Source: an uncultured bacterium
GTDB lineage: Bacteria; UBP14; UBA6098; B30-G16
Direction of reading: 5' to 3'
Assembly: GCA_965552135.1 (NCBI GenBank)
Contig: CBEVQY010000005.1
Span: 1 to 64,000 of the forward strand
DNA: 64,000 nt
A program made the translations under genes and the position numbers. The stretch's first letter is position 1; each line of letters starts with the position of its first letter. The notes below the pieces were generated by a model, which saw only the letters and a program-made list of their open reading frames with translations, was not told where the DNA came from and ran no database searches. This document shows, one piece after another, positions 19,458-28,816 of the stretch.

Positions 19458-20816
19458 TTATTTTTCGAGCTTTGGCGGACCTTCCCACCGCGACAAAACA
19501 TCGTTCACCCTCCTCTCAAGCTGACCCGTCACATACTCCAGCTCGACGACGGCGGTGTTGTAGTCGGCAAGATAGGAGTTTAAGTTTATCTTAGCCCTCA
19601 CGAGGTCGGCGTGTGCGTCGAGCAGTTCGGCGTTAGTTGCGGCGCCGGCGTCGAACATGTCGCTTGTGACGCGGTAGTTCTCCTGCGCCGTCTCAAGCTC
19701 CTTGCGGGCTACCGAAAGCTTTTTGCGCCTCTCGTCCATGGCAAGGTATGCCGCCCTCGCCTGGAGTCTTATCCCGTCGAGCGCGGCTTTGTAGAGGTAT
19801 TCCATCTGGCGCTTTTTCGCCTTAGCCTCCCTGAGTGCCGCAACACTGCCGCCCCAGTCGAAAAGATCCCACTGGATCACGCCCACAGCGGTCCAGGAGT
19901 CGTACCACTCGTTCTCAAGCTCGCGGTTTGGCTTCTGGTAGTCGTAGTTGAAGATGGCAGCAAACGACGGCAGAAGCGCCCCGGCGGCAAGGGTGACACT
20001 CTTTTTTGCAGCCTCAAGCCCAACTGCGGCAAGCTGAGCGTCGAGGGAGTGTCTCTCCGCCCAGGCAACGACGGAGTCGAGGGGATAGGGGTAGTCCACG
20101 AACGAAAGGCTTTCCGCCACCTCCACCTCGGCGTCCTGGGGGTATCCTATTGCGAGGCACAGGGAGCTTTGGGCAAGCTTTACGGCGTTTTGTGCCTGAA
20201 GCACCAGAAGCTCGACCTCGGATGCCTGAACCTGCGCCCGCAGAAGGTCCTTTTTGTGGACGATGCCCTGAGCGTACATGTTCTCGAGGTCTTTTATGTG
20301 CGCCTCTATCTGGCGCTTCGACGTCTGAGCGATCCTCAAAAACCCCTTTGCCTGGACGAGGGCGTAGTAGGCTTTTGCGGCGTTCAGAGCGGCTTGAGCG
20401 CGGGCTTTGCGAAGCTCAAGCTCCTTTTGTTTTACGCCGGTGTTTGCCAAAGCGAGCGCCGAAAAAAGCTGCAGCGCCAAAGGCTGCTTGACCTGAAGCT
20501 CCACCTTCTCCATCTCGGCTTTGCCCATCTCGATGCGTATGGGCTCCATATCGGGCGGCAGGAAAGGTATTTCGGCTGGGCTCATTACGGTGTAGGGTGC
20601 CTCGTTTAGGCGTGTGTATGTAGCCGTTGCCGACGCCGAGGGCAGAAGCGCCGAGAGGGCCTGAAACCTTTTCGCCTTTGCCGCAGAAAGCCCGCTTTGC
20701 GACGCAAGGACCTGGCTGTTCTGCTCGGCGGCAAGCCGGATGCAGTCGTCGAGGGTCAAAACCTGACCCCGCAAAAGACCAGCCGCCAAAAACACCACAA
20801 GAAAAAGTGCCCTCAT
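19458..20816 (-). CDS. TolC family outer membrane efflux protein
   Basis: LTLDDCIRLA, AYYALV, G.AT..ELLDA. Confidence 0.92.
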   Translation of the reverse strand: MRALFLVVFLAAGLLRGQVLTLDDCIRLAAEQNSQVLASQSGLSAAKAKRFQALSALLPSASATATYTRLNEAPYTVMSPAEIPFLPPDMEPIRIEMGKAEMEKVELQVKQPLALQLFSALALANTGVKQKELELRKARAQAALNAAKAYYALVQAKGFLRIAQTSKRQIEAHIKDLENMYAQGIVHKKDLLRAQVQASEVELLVLQAQNAVKLAQSSLCLAIGYPQDAEVEVAESLSFVDYPYPLDSVVAWAERHSLDAQLAAVGLEAAKKSVTLAAGALLPSFAAIFNYDYQKPNRELENEWYDSWTAVGVIQWDLFDWGGSVAALREAKAKKRQMEYLYKAALDGIRLQARAAYLAMDERRKKLSVARKELETAQENYRVTSDMFDAGAATNAELLDAHADLVRAKINLNSYLADYNTAVVELEYVTGQLERRVNDVLSRWEGPPKLEK

Positions 20817-21412
20817 CTGGTCACACCCCTCAGAAAGATCCTGCATATAAGCTCGGGATCCACCTCGCCCTCGTATTGCCCGAAGAATTTTGCCGACAAA
20901 AAACCCCACAAAAGCCCGCTTATCGCTATGTGGAGCTGCTGCGGGGTAAGATCCGACTTTTCGGGAACGAACCTTTCGTAAAACTCGGTTGCCATCTTAA
21001 GCATTCGCCTGTGATAGTTGAGGGCGTTTTGATGCAACCCCTCCATGATATCGGAGGCGCCAGCCGGAAGGGAGTGATAGAGGAAGCGGAAGAGGTCGAC
21101 GTTTTCGGTGAAGAAAGCTATCACTGTCCTCACAATCCTTTCCACAAGCTCTTCGAACTCACCCTCTGAGCTCACAACGCTTCGGATCCTCTCGAAAAGC
21201 TCGTCAAGCCTCATCCACAGGATCTCGGTGAGCAGATGCTCCTTGTTTTTGAAGTAGAGGTAGATAGCCCCCTTCGACAGCTCCGCCCGCTCGGCTATCC
21301 TGTCCATCGAGATGGACGTCCAGCCCTCCTCCTGCAAAAGCTGCAAAGTTGCGCTGATGATCGCCTCTCGCCTCTGCCTGCGCTCACGCTCCCTTCTCTC
21401 CTTCGTTCCCAA
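20813..21412 (-). CDS. TetR/AcrR family regulator
   Basis: IAERAELSKGAIYLYFKNKE. Confidence 0.95.
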   Translation of the reverse strand: MGTKERRERERRQRREAIISATLQLLQEEGWTSISMDRIAERAELSKGAIYLYFKNKEHLLTEILWMRLDELFERIRSVVSSEGEFEELVERIVRTVIAFFTENVDLFRFLYHSLPAGASDIMEGLHQNALNYHRRMLKMATEFYERFVPEKSDLTPQQLHIAISGLLWGFLSAKFFGQYEGEVDPELICRIFLRGVTR

Positions 21413-21451
21413 TAGCTCACCTCCTCCCCCTTGTGACTATTTGTTAAGAAA

Positions 21452-21495
21452 ATGACCGTGCAGTCATAATATGGGAAGGTCGTCGGAGATGTCAA
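21452..21495 (-). promoter_or_regulatory. tetR promoter with palindromic operator
   Basis: TTGACA-18-TATTAT; inverted repeat ATGAC-N6-GTCAT (21452-21467) over the -10/+1 region. Confidence 0.65.
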
Positions 21496-21600
21496 GCCTT
21501 TTTTCGGCGGCAGCACAAAAACCTTGCGCCGCAGTTTTTGCCTTGTCACGGAGGCGCGGGAGGCATTAATATAGATTTGCGGCAAGGTTTGGGGGCTTTT

Positions 21601-22389
21601 ATGGGTCGGGTCATAGCGATAGCGAACCAAAAGGGCGGTGTGGGCAAGACGACGTCGGCGGTAAACATCTCGGCTTCGCTGGCTGCCGCGGAGCGAAGCG
21701 TGCTTCTGGTCGACATCGACCCCCAGGCGAACGCGACATCGGGGCTTGGGGTGAAGGTGGCAAAGTCGCAGCCGACGATCTACGAGGTCCTTTTGGGGAT
21801 CGCCAGGACCGAAGAGGCTATCGTGAAGTTCCAGGAGCTTTCGATGCTCTCCCTCATCCCGTCCCACATAAGGCTTGTGGGGGCTCAGGTGGAGCTTTTG
21901 CAGAAGGAGCGGAGGGAGTTCGTTCTGCGCGAGGCGCTTGAGGGGCTTAGGGAGAGCTTCGAGTACATCATTATCGACTGCCCGCCGTCCTTGGGGATAC
22001 TGACGATAAACGCCCTCGTCGCCGCCGACACGGTGATAATCCCCATTCAGTGCGAGTACTACGCCCTCGAGGGTCTCGGTCAGCTCCTTATGACGCTGCG
22101 CAGGGTCCAGCGCTCCCTAAACCCAAGGCTTCGGATAGAGGGCGTTTTGCTTACTATGTTCGACCCGCGCCTCAACCTCGCCAAACAGGTCATCCAGCAG
22201 GCGCGGAGCTACTTCGGAGATAAGGTGTTTAAAACAGTCGTTCACCGCAACGTGAGGCTTGCCGAGGCGCCGTCGTACGGAAAACCCATCATCCTCTACG
22301 ACATCGCCTCAAGGGGGGCGCAAAACTACCTGTCGCTGGCACAGGAGATAATAGATGGCGAGAAAGGGTGGACTGGGCAAAGGGCTTGA
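21601..22389 (+). CDS. parA: Chromosome partitioning ATPase ParA/Soj
   Basis: NQKGGVGKTT, DIDPQANAT, DCPPSLG, RNVRLAEAPS. Confidence 0.97.
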   Translation: MGRVIAIANQKGGVGKTTSAVNISASLAAAERSVLLVDIDPQANATSGLGVKVAKSQPTIYEVLLGIARTEEAIVKFQELSMLSLIPSHIRLVGAQVELLQKERREFVLREALEGLRESFEYIIIDCPPSLGILTINALVAADTVIIPIQCEYYALEGLGQLLMTLRRVQRSLNPRLRIEGVLLTMFDPRLNLAKQVIQQARSYFGDKVFKTVVHRNVRLAEAPSYGKPIILYDIASRGAQNYLSLAQEIIDGEKGWTGQRA

Positions 22390-23239
22390 CGCGATACTTC
22401 CGCCCGAGCTTGCCGGCGAGCTTTTGGGCGAATCGGGCGCTGGGGGAAGACTTAAGGAGATCCCCGTCGACGCAATCGCGCCCAACCCCCACCAACCCAG
22501 GCTCGCGATCGACGAGGAGGCTTTAAAAAGGCTCGCCGACTCGATCCGCCGCGAGGGGGTTTTGCAGCCCGTCCTCGTGGCGCCCGCCGACGGCGGGTTC
22601 GTCCTCGTCGCAGGCGAGCGCAGATGGCGCGCGGCAAAACTTGCGAAAATCGAAAAAATCCCCGCCATCGTGCTTCCCCAAAAACCGTCCGAGGAACAGT
22701 TCCTCTTCCTGGCGCTCGTGGAGAACCTCCAGCGCGAAGACCTCGACCCCATCGAGGAGGCGGAGGCATACCGCACCCTCTCCGAGCGCTTCGGGCTCAC
22801 GCAGGAGGAAATCGCACAACGAGTTGGCAAAAAAAGGTCGACCGTGGCGAACCTCATAAGGCTCCTTAAGCTGCCCGAAGAGGTCAAAGCTCTTTTGCGA
22901 CGGCGCAAACTCACCGCCGGCCACGCCATAGTCCTCCTCGAGGAGCGCGACCCCCAGCGCCAAATAAGGCTGGCAAAACTTGCCGCATCGAGGGGGCTTT
23001 CGGTCGAAAGGCTCTCGGTGCTCGTGGCGGGAAGGAAAAGGACGAAGCAACGCGCAAAAAAGCACAAGTCAGCCGAAATCCTCGCCCTCGAAGAAAGCCT
23101 CGAGCTCGCCCTGGGGACAAAGGTGGACATATCCGCCACAAAGAAGAAGGCGAGGCTTACGATAGAATTCTACTCCCTCGAGGAACTTAGGGACTTTATC
23201 ATGCGCCTCGTTGCAGGGGAGAGCGATGGGACGGGGTAG
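22355..23239 (+). CDS. parB: Chromosome partitioning protein ParB/Spo0J
   Basis: GLGKGL, PNPHQPR, AGERRWRA, ENLQREDL. Confidence 0.97.
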   Translation: MARKGGLGKGLDAILPPELAGELLGESGAGGRLKEIPVDAIAPNPHQPRLAIDEEALKRLADSIRREGVLQPVLVAPADGGFVLVAGERRWRAAKLAKIEKIPAIVLPQKPSEEQFLFLALVENLQREDLDPIEEAEAYRTLSERFGLTQEEIAQRVGKKRSTVANLIRLLKLPEEVKALLRRRKLTAGHAIVLLEERDPQRQIRLAKLAASRGLSVERLSVLVAGRKRTKQRAKKHKSAEILALEESLELALGTKVDISATKKKARLTIEFYSLEELRDFIMRLVAGESDGTG

Positions 23240-24053
23240 GTACATCTCCGTCATTTTTTCGCCCGACGGCGGCGGGAGGAGCCTTGGCGTGAAGCTTAGG
23301 CGCTGGCAGCTTTACGCAGCTTTGGGCGCAGCGGCGCTTGGCTGGTTTATGCTTTTTGCCCTCGCCGGCGCTGCGGCGCTTGTGGCGCGCTTCGAGCTCG
23401 ACAGAAGAGCGCTTGTCGCCGAAAACCAAAGGCTCAGGGTAGCCCTCGCCAAAGCCGATTCGCTAAGGCTCGAGCTCGAGCAGCTCCGCAGAATGCGCCA
23501 ACTTATGGAGCGTGCACTCCTTGTCGCCGACAAAAAGCTCGGTCCAGAACGCCAAAGGGTGCGGTTTGTCCCCAGCAAGCGGCTTACAAGCTCCGCATTC
23601 GTTCCCCAAAGCGGACTTCCGGAGCTTGCCCAGTACCTCGAGGACCTCGCGAGAGCCGAGGCGTACATCCCCACGGGTCTTCCCGCCCCGGGCGTTGTGA
23701 CGGCTCGCTTCGGGCAAAGCGGCGGCGTGTTCAAAGAGCCCCACCAGGGCGTCGACATCCTCCTGCCCACAGGGACCCCCGTGACAGCCACGGCAAACGG
23801 AATCATCCTCGCAACGGGCGAAGACAAAGACCTCGGAAACTTCGTGAAGATCAACCACCTAAACGGCTACTCAACGGTCTACGGGCACCTGTCGGAGATA
23901 CTGGTATCCCCCGGCGATCCGGTAAGCCGCGGCGAGGTGATAGGTTACAGCGGGCAGAGCGGGAAAGCATATCGCCCTCACCTGCACTACGAGGTGCGCC
24001 TGAACGGAAAACCCATAGACCCTCTCGCCAAAACCGCACCGAAAACAAAATAA
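23226..24053 (+). CDS. M23 family peptidase, membrane anchored with coiled coil
   Basis: HQGVD, YGHL, PHLHYEV. Confidence 0.92.
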   Translation: MGRGRYISVIFSPDGGGRSLGVKLRRWQLYAALGAAALGWFMLFALAGAAALVARFELDRRALVAENQRLRVALAKADSLRLELEQLRRMRQLMERALLVADKKLGPERQRVRFVPSKRLTSSAFVPQSGLPELAQYLEDLARAEAYIPTGLPAPGVVTARFGQSGGVFKEPHQGVDILLPTGTPVTATANGIILATGEDKDLGNFVKINHLNGYSTVYGHLSEILVSPGDPVSRGEVIGYSGQSGKAYRPHLHYEVRLNGKPIDPLAKTAPKTK

Positions 24054-24105
24054 TTGCGAAAACGAAGCTATCCTCTATTTTTGGAAAACCAAAGGGCGGT
24101 GGAGT

Positions 24106-24501
24106 ATGCCTTGGGTGTTTGGTTTGAAATCGACGGGGGCATCTGATCACCTAAACACCATAGTCGGCGAGGGGACGAGCATCTCTGGCGAGCTTTTGGT
24201 CTCCGGCAGCGTCAGGATAGACGGCGAGTTTCGCGGAACGCTTTCCGCAACGGGGCACCTGACCGTGGGGCAGAACGGCACCATAAGAGCCGAGGGAACG
24301 ATACACTGCCAAAGCGCGCACATAGCCGGCAAGGTCTTCGGCGACCTCGTTGCGCCCAAGCGCGTCCACCTGACGAAAACCGCCACCCTAAACGGAAACA
24401 TCACAACGCAGGTGCTCATAATCGAGGAGGGGGCGGTGTTCAACGGCCGAAGCGAGATGGGAGGCGTGGATGATACGATGGCTGAGGATCAAAAACTTTA
24501 A
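24106..24501 (+). CDS. Bactofilin (polymer-forming cytoskeletal protein)
   Basis: TIVGEGTSISGEL..RIDG..IEEGAVFNG. Confidence 0.92.
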   Translation: MPWVFGLKSTGASDHLNTIVGEGTSISGELLVSGSVRIDGEFRGTLSATGHLTVGQNGTIRAEGTIHCQSAHIAGKVFGDLVAPKRVHLTKTATLNGNITTQVLIIEEGAVFNGRSEMGGVDDTMAEDQKL

Positions 24502-24520
24502 ATGCCTGCGCGCTCCAAAG

Positions 24521-24560
24521 TTATCCACACTGTTGGCAAGCTGTTGATAACTCATCCACA
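24521..24560. promoter_or_regulatory. Cluster of three DnaA boxes
   Basis: TTATCCACA 24521-29 (perfect), TGTTGATAA 24542-50 (reverse, 1 mismatch), TCATCCACA 24552-60 (1 mismatch). Confidence 0.7.
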
Positions 24561-24577
24561 GCGGGGTGATAAGGGCT

Positions 24578-24880
24578 ATGGAAAGGATCGTGGAAAGGAT
24601 AAAGTCCGCGGAGGAGGAGGCGGCAAAGCTTGTGGCCAAAGCCGAAGCCGAGGGCAAAAAGATGCTCGCCGAAAAGAAAGCTGAGCTGCAAAAGCGCCAA
24701 CAACAGCTCGAGCAGCAAATCCGCCAAATGCTCGAGGAGGCGCGAAAACAGGGAGAGGAGGAAGCCCAAGCCCAAATCGAGCGCCTCCAAAGCGAAACCC
24801 AAGAAAAGCTCGCGCAGCTCCAGCAAAAGTTCGACGAGGCAAAAGAGGAGCTTTTGGACTTCATCCTCAAGGAGATCTGA
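24578..24880 (+). CDS. V/A-type ATPase subunit G/H (peripheral stalk)
   Basis: Coiled coil IKSAEEEA..KAEAEG; first gene before subunit I; alternative GTG start 24566. Confidence 0.8.
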   Translation: MERIVERIKSAEEEAAKLVAKAEAEGKKMLAEKKAELQKRQQQLEQQIRQMLEEARKQGEEEAQAQIERLQSETQEKLAQLQQKFDEAKEELLDFILKEI

Positions 24881-24883
24881 GCC

Positions 24884-26827
24884 ATGGCGACGGTGCCAAT
24901 GACAAAGATCGGCATAATCGGCTACAAGGGCGACTGGCAGTCCATCGTTCCGTTTTTGCAGCGCGAGGGCGTCGTCGAGATCGTCCCCCTCAGGGATGCT
25001 GAGGAGCGTCCTGCGGAGCTCGAGAATCTTTTGCGCAGAGTCGACGCAGCGGCAGCGTTCATTTGCGAAAGCCTGCCACAAAAGCCGCAAAAACCCATAC
25101 TCGCCCCCAAGGAGGCGGCTAAGATCATCGAGTCGTTCCCCGCAGAAGAGGTTCTCCGGCGCGTTGAGGAGCTCAGGCAGCGCAGGGACGAAGCCAACGC
25201 AAAGCTCAATCGCGCGCAAAACCTCATCCTCATGCTAAAGCCATGGACGCCATGCACAACGCCACTTGGGATGATAAAGGACACGACCCACTGCTGCATA
25301 AGGATGGGCACGATACCGTCCCACCTCGTCGAGACATTCGAGAAGGAGGCGGAGGAACAAGAGCTTTTCTTCTGGAGGGAGATCTCGCGCGGGCACGAGG
25401 GGATGCACCTGATCGTCGTCTTCCACAAAGCGATATCCGACTGGGCGTTGGGGCTTTTGGCGAAGGTGGAGTTCACACACTGGGAGCCGAAGCAGTTCAG
25501 GCGAACGGTTGCGGAGGAGCTTTTGATCCTTGAGTCCGAGGTCGCAGAGGCTCGTGCGGAGCTTGAGGAGGTCGCGAAGCAGGCGCAAAAGCTTAAGAAG
25601 CACCTTTTGGGGCTCTGGCTTTACGCCGACCACATCGAGCAGCTCATAGAGCAGCACGAGGTCGTTGCGGCGGCATCGCACACGCAAAAGACCTTCGCGC
25701 TGCAGGGATGGATACCCAAAAAGCTTTTGCCCCACCTGCGAAGGCGCCTCGAGGTCGCATTCGATACGGTCGAGGTGGTCGAACTGCCAACCCTGCCCGA
25801 GGACGAGCCGCCGGTCGCCCTGAAAAACCCGTTCTTCGTCGAGGCGTTCGAGATCATAACCGACCTCTACGGGCGCCCCCGCAAAGGCATGGTCGACCCA
25901 ACGCCGTTTATGGCGCCGTTTTTCGCGATATATTTCGCCCTATGCCTCACCGACGCAGGATACGGGCTCTTGCTCACGCTTATCGCGACCGCGGGGCTCC
26001 TTTGGGCAAAGGTCCCTTCGGTTAGGAAGTTCTTCAGGATGATCCTCTACGTCGGCGTTCTGACCATAGGCGCGGGGATAATAACGGGCGGATATTTCGG
26101 CATAAAGCTTCCGCCGCCAAGCGAGGCAACAGGGCTTGCCAAGCTCGCCCTATCGCTCAAACTCTTCGACCCGCTGCGGGACATCATGGTCTTCTTCGCG
26201 CTTTCGATCGCACTGGGGATCGTGCAGCTTTCGGTCGGCTTTATCCTTGCGGGCTACGTGCAGCTTAGGGAGGCGAAGGGCGCGGCGCAGTACCTGCACG
26301 CAATAGTCGTCACACTCGCCTGGGTGGCGGCAACGGTCGGCGTGGGGATGTTCGTGATCTACAAAACTCTCCCAAACGAGCTTCCGACGTTCAAGGACAT
26401 GGGTGTCCGAATCCTCGAGTACGGAGCCTTGGGGATCGCAGGAGGGCATCTGATCCTCGGTCCCCTTGCCGGGAAATCGATCGGAACATCCATCGGAAAC
26501 GCCTTCGGGTTCGACGGGCTTTACGGGATAATCGGCGTCTTCTCCGACCTCCTCTCCTTCGTCAGGCTGACGGCTCTGGGGCTTTCGACGGGGATAGTGG
26601 CTGGCGTGATAACAGGGATGACCTTGCAGATGAAGGGCGCGCTCCTTCTGGCTGGGATCGTCATCCTTGTAGGAGGACACATCTTCTACTGTCTCTTCTC
26701 GTCCCTGGGCGCCTTCGTCCACCCAACCCGACTGCAGTTCGTTGAGTTCTTCAGCAAGTTCTACGAATCGGGCGGAAAGCCCTTTGAGCCCTTCAGGCGC
26801 AGGTACAAACGGGTCGAGGTGATCTGA
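24884..26827 (+). CDS. ntpI: V-type ATP synthase subunit I
   Basis: DPTP, DAGYG, DLLSFVRLTALGL, HPTRLQFVEFF. Confidence 0.95.
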   Translation: MATVPMTKIGIIGYKGDWQSIVPFLQREGVVEIVPLRDAEERPAELENLLRRVDAAAAFICESLPQKPQKPILAPKEAAKIIESFPAEEVLRRVEELRQRRDEANAKLNRAQNLILMLKPWTPCTTPLGMIKDTTHCCIRMGTIPSHLVETFEKEAEEQELFFWREISRGHEGMHLIVVFHKAISDWALGLLAKVEFTHWEPKQFRRTVAEELLILESEVAEARAELEEVAKQAQKLKKHLLGLWLYADHIEQLIEQHEVVAAASHTQKTFALQGWIPKKLLPHLRRRLEVAFDTVEVVELPTLPEDEPPVALKNPFFVEAFEIITDLYGRPRKGMVDPTPFMAPFFAIYFALCLTDAGYGLLLTLIATAGLLWAKVPSVRKFFRMILYVGVLTIGAGIITGGYFGIKLPPPSEATGLAKLALSLKLFDPLRDIMVFFALSIALGIVQLSVGFILAGYVQLREAKGAAQYLHAIVVTLAWVAATVGVGMFVIYKTLPNELPTFKDMGVRILEYGALGIAGGHLILGPLAGKSIGTSIGNAFGFDGLYGIIGVFSDLLSFVRLTALGLSTGIVAGVITGMTLQMKGALLLAGIVILVGGHIFYCLFSSLGAFVHPTRLQFVEFFSKFYESGGKPFEPFRRRYKRVEVI

Positions 26828-26838
26828 GGGGGCAGGCT

Positions 26839-27597
26839 ATGCCTTTTCATCCGGTCGAGCACATGGTTCTTGCGGGTCTTGGCGGTGATGTCGTTTTAGA
26901 GCTTGGCTGCGGCAGCGGAAGAACCGCGGAGGAGCTGGGCAAGCTCTTCCGAAGCGTCGTCGGCGTGGACCCGGATTTCTCAGCCGTCGCCTCGGTGGAG
27001 GCGCGGGAAAGGTATTTGTGCGCGCCCAACTTCTCCGTCGTCGTCGGCGCAGGAGATGGACTGCCGTTCCCCCAAAACACCTTCGACGGCGTCGTCTCGC
27101 ACTGGGCGCTCCACCACTACCGATATCCGCTTGCCGTCCTCAGGGAGGCGTATGCGGTTCTCAAGCCCGGCGGATGGCTTTACCTCGCCGACGGCGTCGA
27201 CTACCCCGAACAAAAGCTTACGCCAAAACAGAGAAACCACCTTGTGTTCCACAAGCTTGCCGTCGCCGCCGACAGAGCCAGAAGACGCGACCACTTCCCG
27301 CCCCGCAGCGCAAAGGCGATGCGCAAACTCGTCGAACTTGCAGGCTTCCGCGTCGAGCGAAGCGACCTTGTAACCTCCGAGGACCCAAACGACTCCCGCC
27401 GCGAAAACGACTACATAAAAAGCTACACCGAAACGCTATCCAAACTTGTGCAACAAATGCTTGAAACGGGCGAAAAAGAGCTTGCCGCAAAGCTCGAAAG
27501 GCTCTCTGAGTCGATCAGAAACGAGGGGATACGGATGGGTCCCTTTGCGATAATAGTCGGGAGGAAAGGTCGAGTGCTTGCACACTCGGGCGCTTGA
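26839..27597 (+). CDS. Class I SAM-dependent methyltransferase
   Basis: VLELGCGSG, LPF..FDGV..ALHH, LKPGG. Confidence 0.9.
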   Translation: MPFHPVEHMVLAGLGGDVVLELGCGSGRTAEELGKLFRSVVGVDPDFSAVASVEARERYLCAPNFSVVVGAGDGLPFPQNTFDGVVSHWALHHYRYPLAVLREAYAVLKPGGWLYLADGVDYPEQKLTPKQRNHLVFHKLAVAADRARRRDHFPPRSAKAMRKLVELAGFRVERSDLVTSEDPNDSRRENDYIKSYTETLSKLVQQMLETGEKELAAKLERLSESIRNEGIRMGPFAIIVGRKGRVLAHSGA

Positions 27598-27639
27598 GGA
27601 TAACTTTTGGGGATTTCGTCAGATCGAAAGGAGGTATCG

Positions 27640-28194
27640 ATGCGGGCAGCGAGGTTGGCGATTTTGCTGGGTTTGCTGCTTTTTGCGGCCGGAGCTTGGG
27701 CGCAGGTTGCAGCCGAAGCAGAAGCGAAGGGGAGCTGGTTCAGGTGGGACCCTGTTGCCCTGGCGCTCTTCGGAGCAGGTGTGGCTGCTGTGCTTTCGGG
27801 CGTGGGATCATCCATCGGCATAGGGATTGCGGGCGGAATGGCAACGGGGGCGATGCAGGAGAAGCCCGAGCTTTTCGGAAGGTTTTTGCCGCTTGCCGCA
27901 GCACCAGGAACGCAGGGAATCTACGGCATCGTCACAGCCGTGCTCATCCTGGGCAAGATCACGTCGGGGATGTCGCTTGAGGTTGGCTGGCAGCTTTTCT
28001 TCGCGGGATTGCCCATCGGGTTTGCCGGGCTTGCGTCGGCAGTATACCAGGGGAAGGTCTGCGCAAGCGGCGTGGGCCTGGTCGTGAAGGACCCCGGGCA
28101 GTTCGGTAAGGCGCTTGTGATGGCGGTGCTCGTCGAGTTCTACGCCCTGCTCGGGCTTCTGACAAGCATCCTCATGCTGGGCAAGATAGGCTAA
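27640..28194 (+). CDS. ntpK: V-type ATP synthase subunit K (four-helix proteolipid) with signal-like leader
   Basis: PGTQGIYG, YQGKV, VEFYA; AGGAGG RBS. Confidence 0.95.
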   Translation: MRAARLAILLGLLLFAAGAWAQVAAEAEAKGSWFRWDPVALALFGAGVAAVLSGVGSSIGIGIAGGMATGAMQEKPELFGRFLPLAAAPGTQGIYGIVTAVLILGKITSGMSLEVGWQLFFAGLPIGFAGLASAVYQGKVCASGVGLVVKDPGQFGKALVMAVLVEFYALLGLLTSILMLGKIG

Positions 28195-28209
28195 GCGCGG
28201 AGGTGGGAG

Positions 28210-28791
28210 TTGGGCATTGACGGGATAATAGATCGCATAAGGCGCGACGCGGCGGCAGAGGCAGAGGCGATAAAACAACGGTATCTTTCCGAGGTCGAGC
28301 GGCTTGAGCGTGAGTTTGAGGAGAAAAGCCGCGCCGCCCTTGAGGATGGTCGTCGCCGCGCAGAAAACGAAAAAGCCCGCGCAAAAGCCCGCGCAATCGA
28401 ACACGCAAAGCTTGTGCTGTCGCAAAAGGTGCTCGCAAAAAAGCTCGAACTTTTAGAAAAAATCTACAGCGCCGTAAAAGAGCGCATCGAAAACCTCCCA
28501 CACAAGGAGTACAAAAAGCTTTTCGCCACGGTTTTAGCAAAACTCGGCGAGCGAAGGGGCAAAATAGTCGTCGCCGCCGACGCCGATGTGCTGGACGAGG
28601 AGTTCGTAAGACTTGCCGTCGAAAAGCTTGGCGAGGGGTGCGAGTTCGAGCTCGAAAGGACCTCCGACGAAGACTTCAGGGGCTTCATCCTCGTGCGCGA
28701 CAAAATAAGGTACAACGTCACACTCGACGCCCTGCTTGAGGACGTCAGGGAGCGAACGGAGGAGGAGGTCATAAAAAGGCTTTTCGGATAA
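28210..28791 (+). CDS. ntpE: V-type ATP synthase subunit E
   Basis: GIDGIIDRI, coiled coil, GFIL, C-terminal LFG. Confidence 0.88.
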   Translation: MGIDGIIDRIRRDAAAEAEAIKQRYLSEVERLEREFEEKSRAALEDGRRRAENEKARAKARAIEHAKLVLSQKVLAKKLELLEKIYSAVKERIENLPHKEYKKLFATVLAKLGERRGKIVVAADADVLDEEFVRLAVEKLGEGCEFELERTSDEDFRGFILVRDKIRYNVTLDALLEDVRERTEEEVIKRLFG

Positions 28792-28816
28792 GGCCTGTCG
28801 AACAAGGGGGTGGGGC

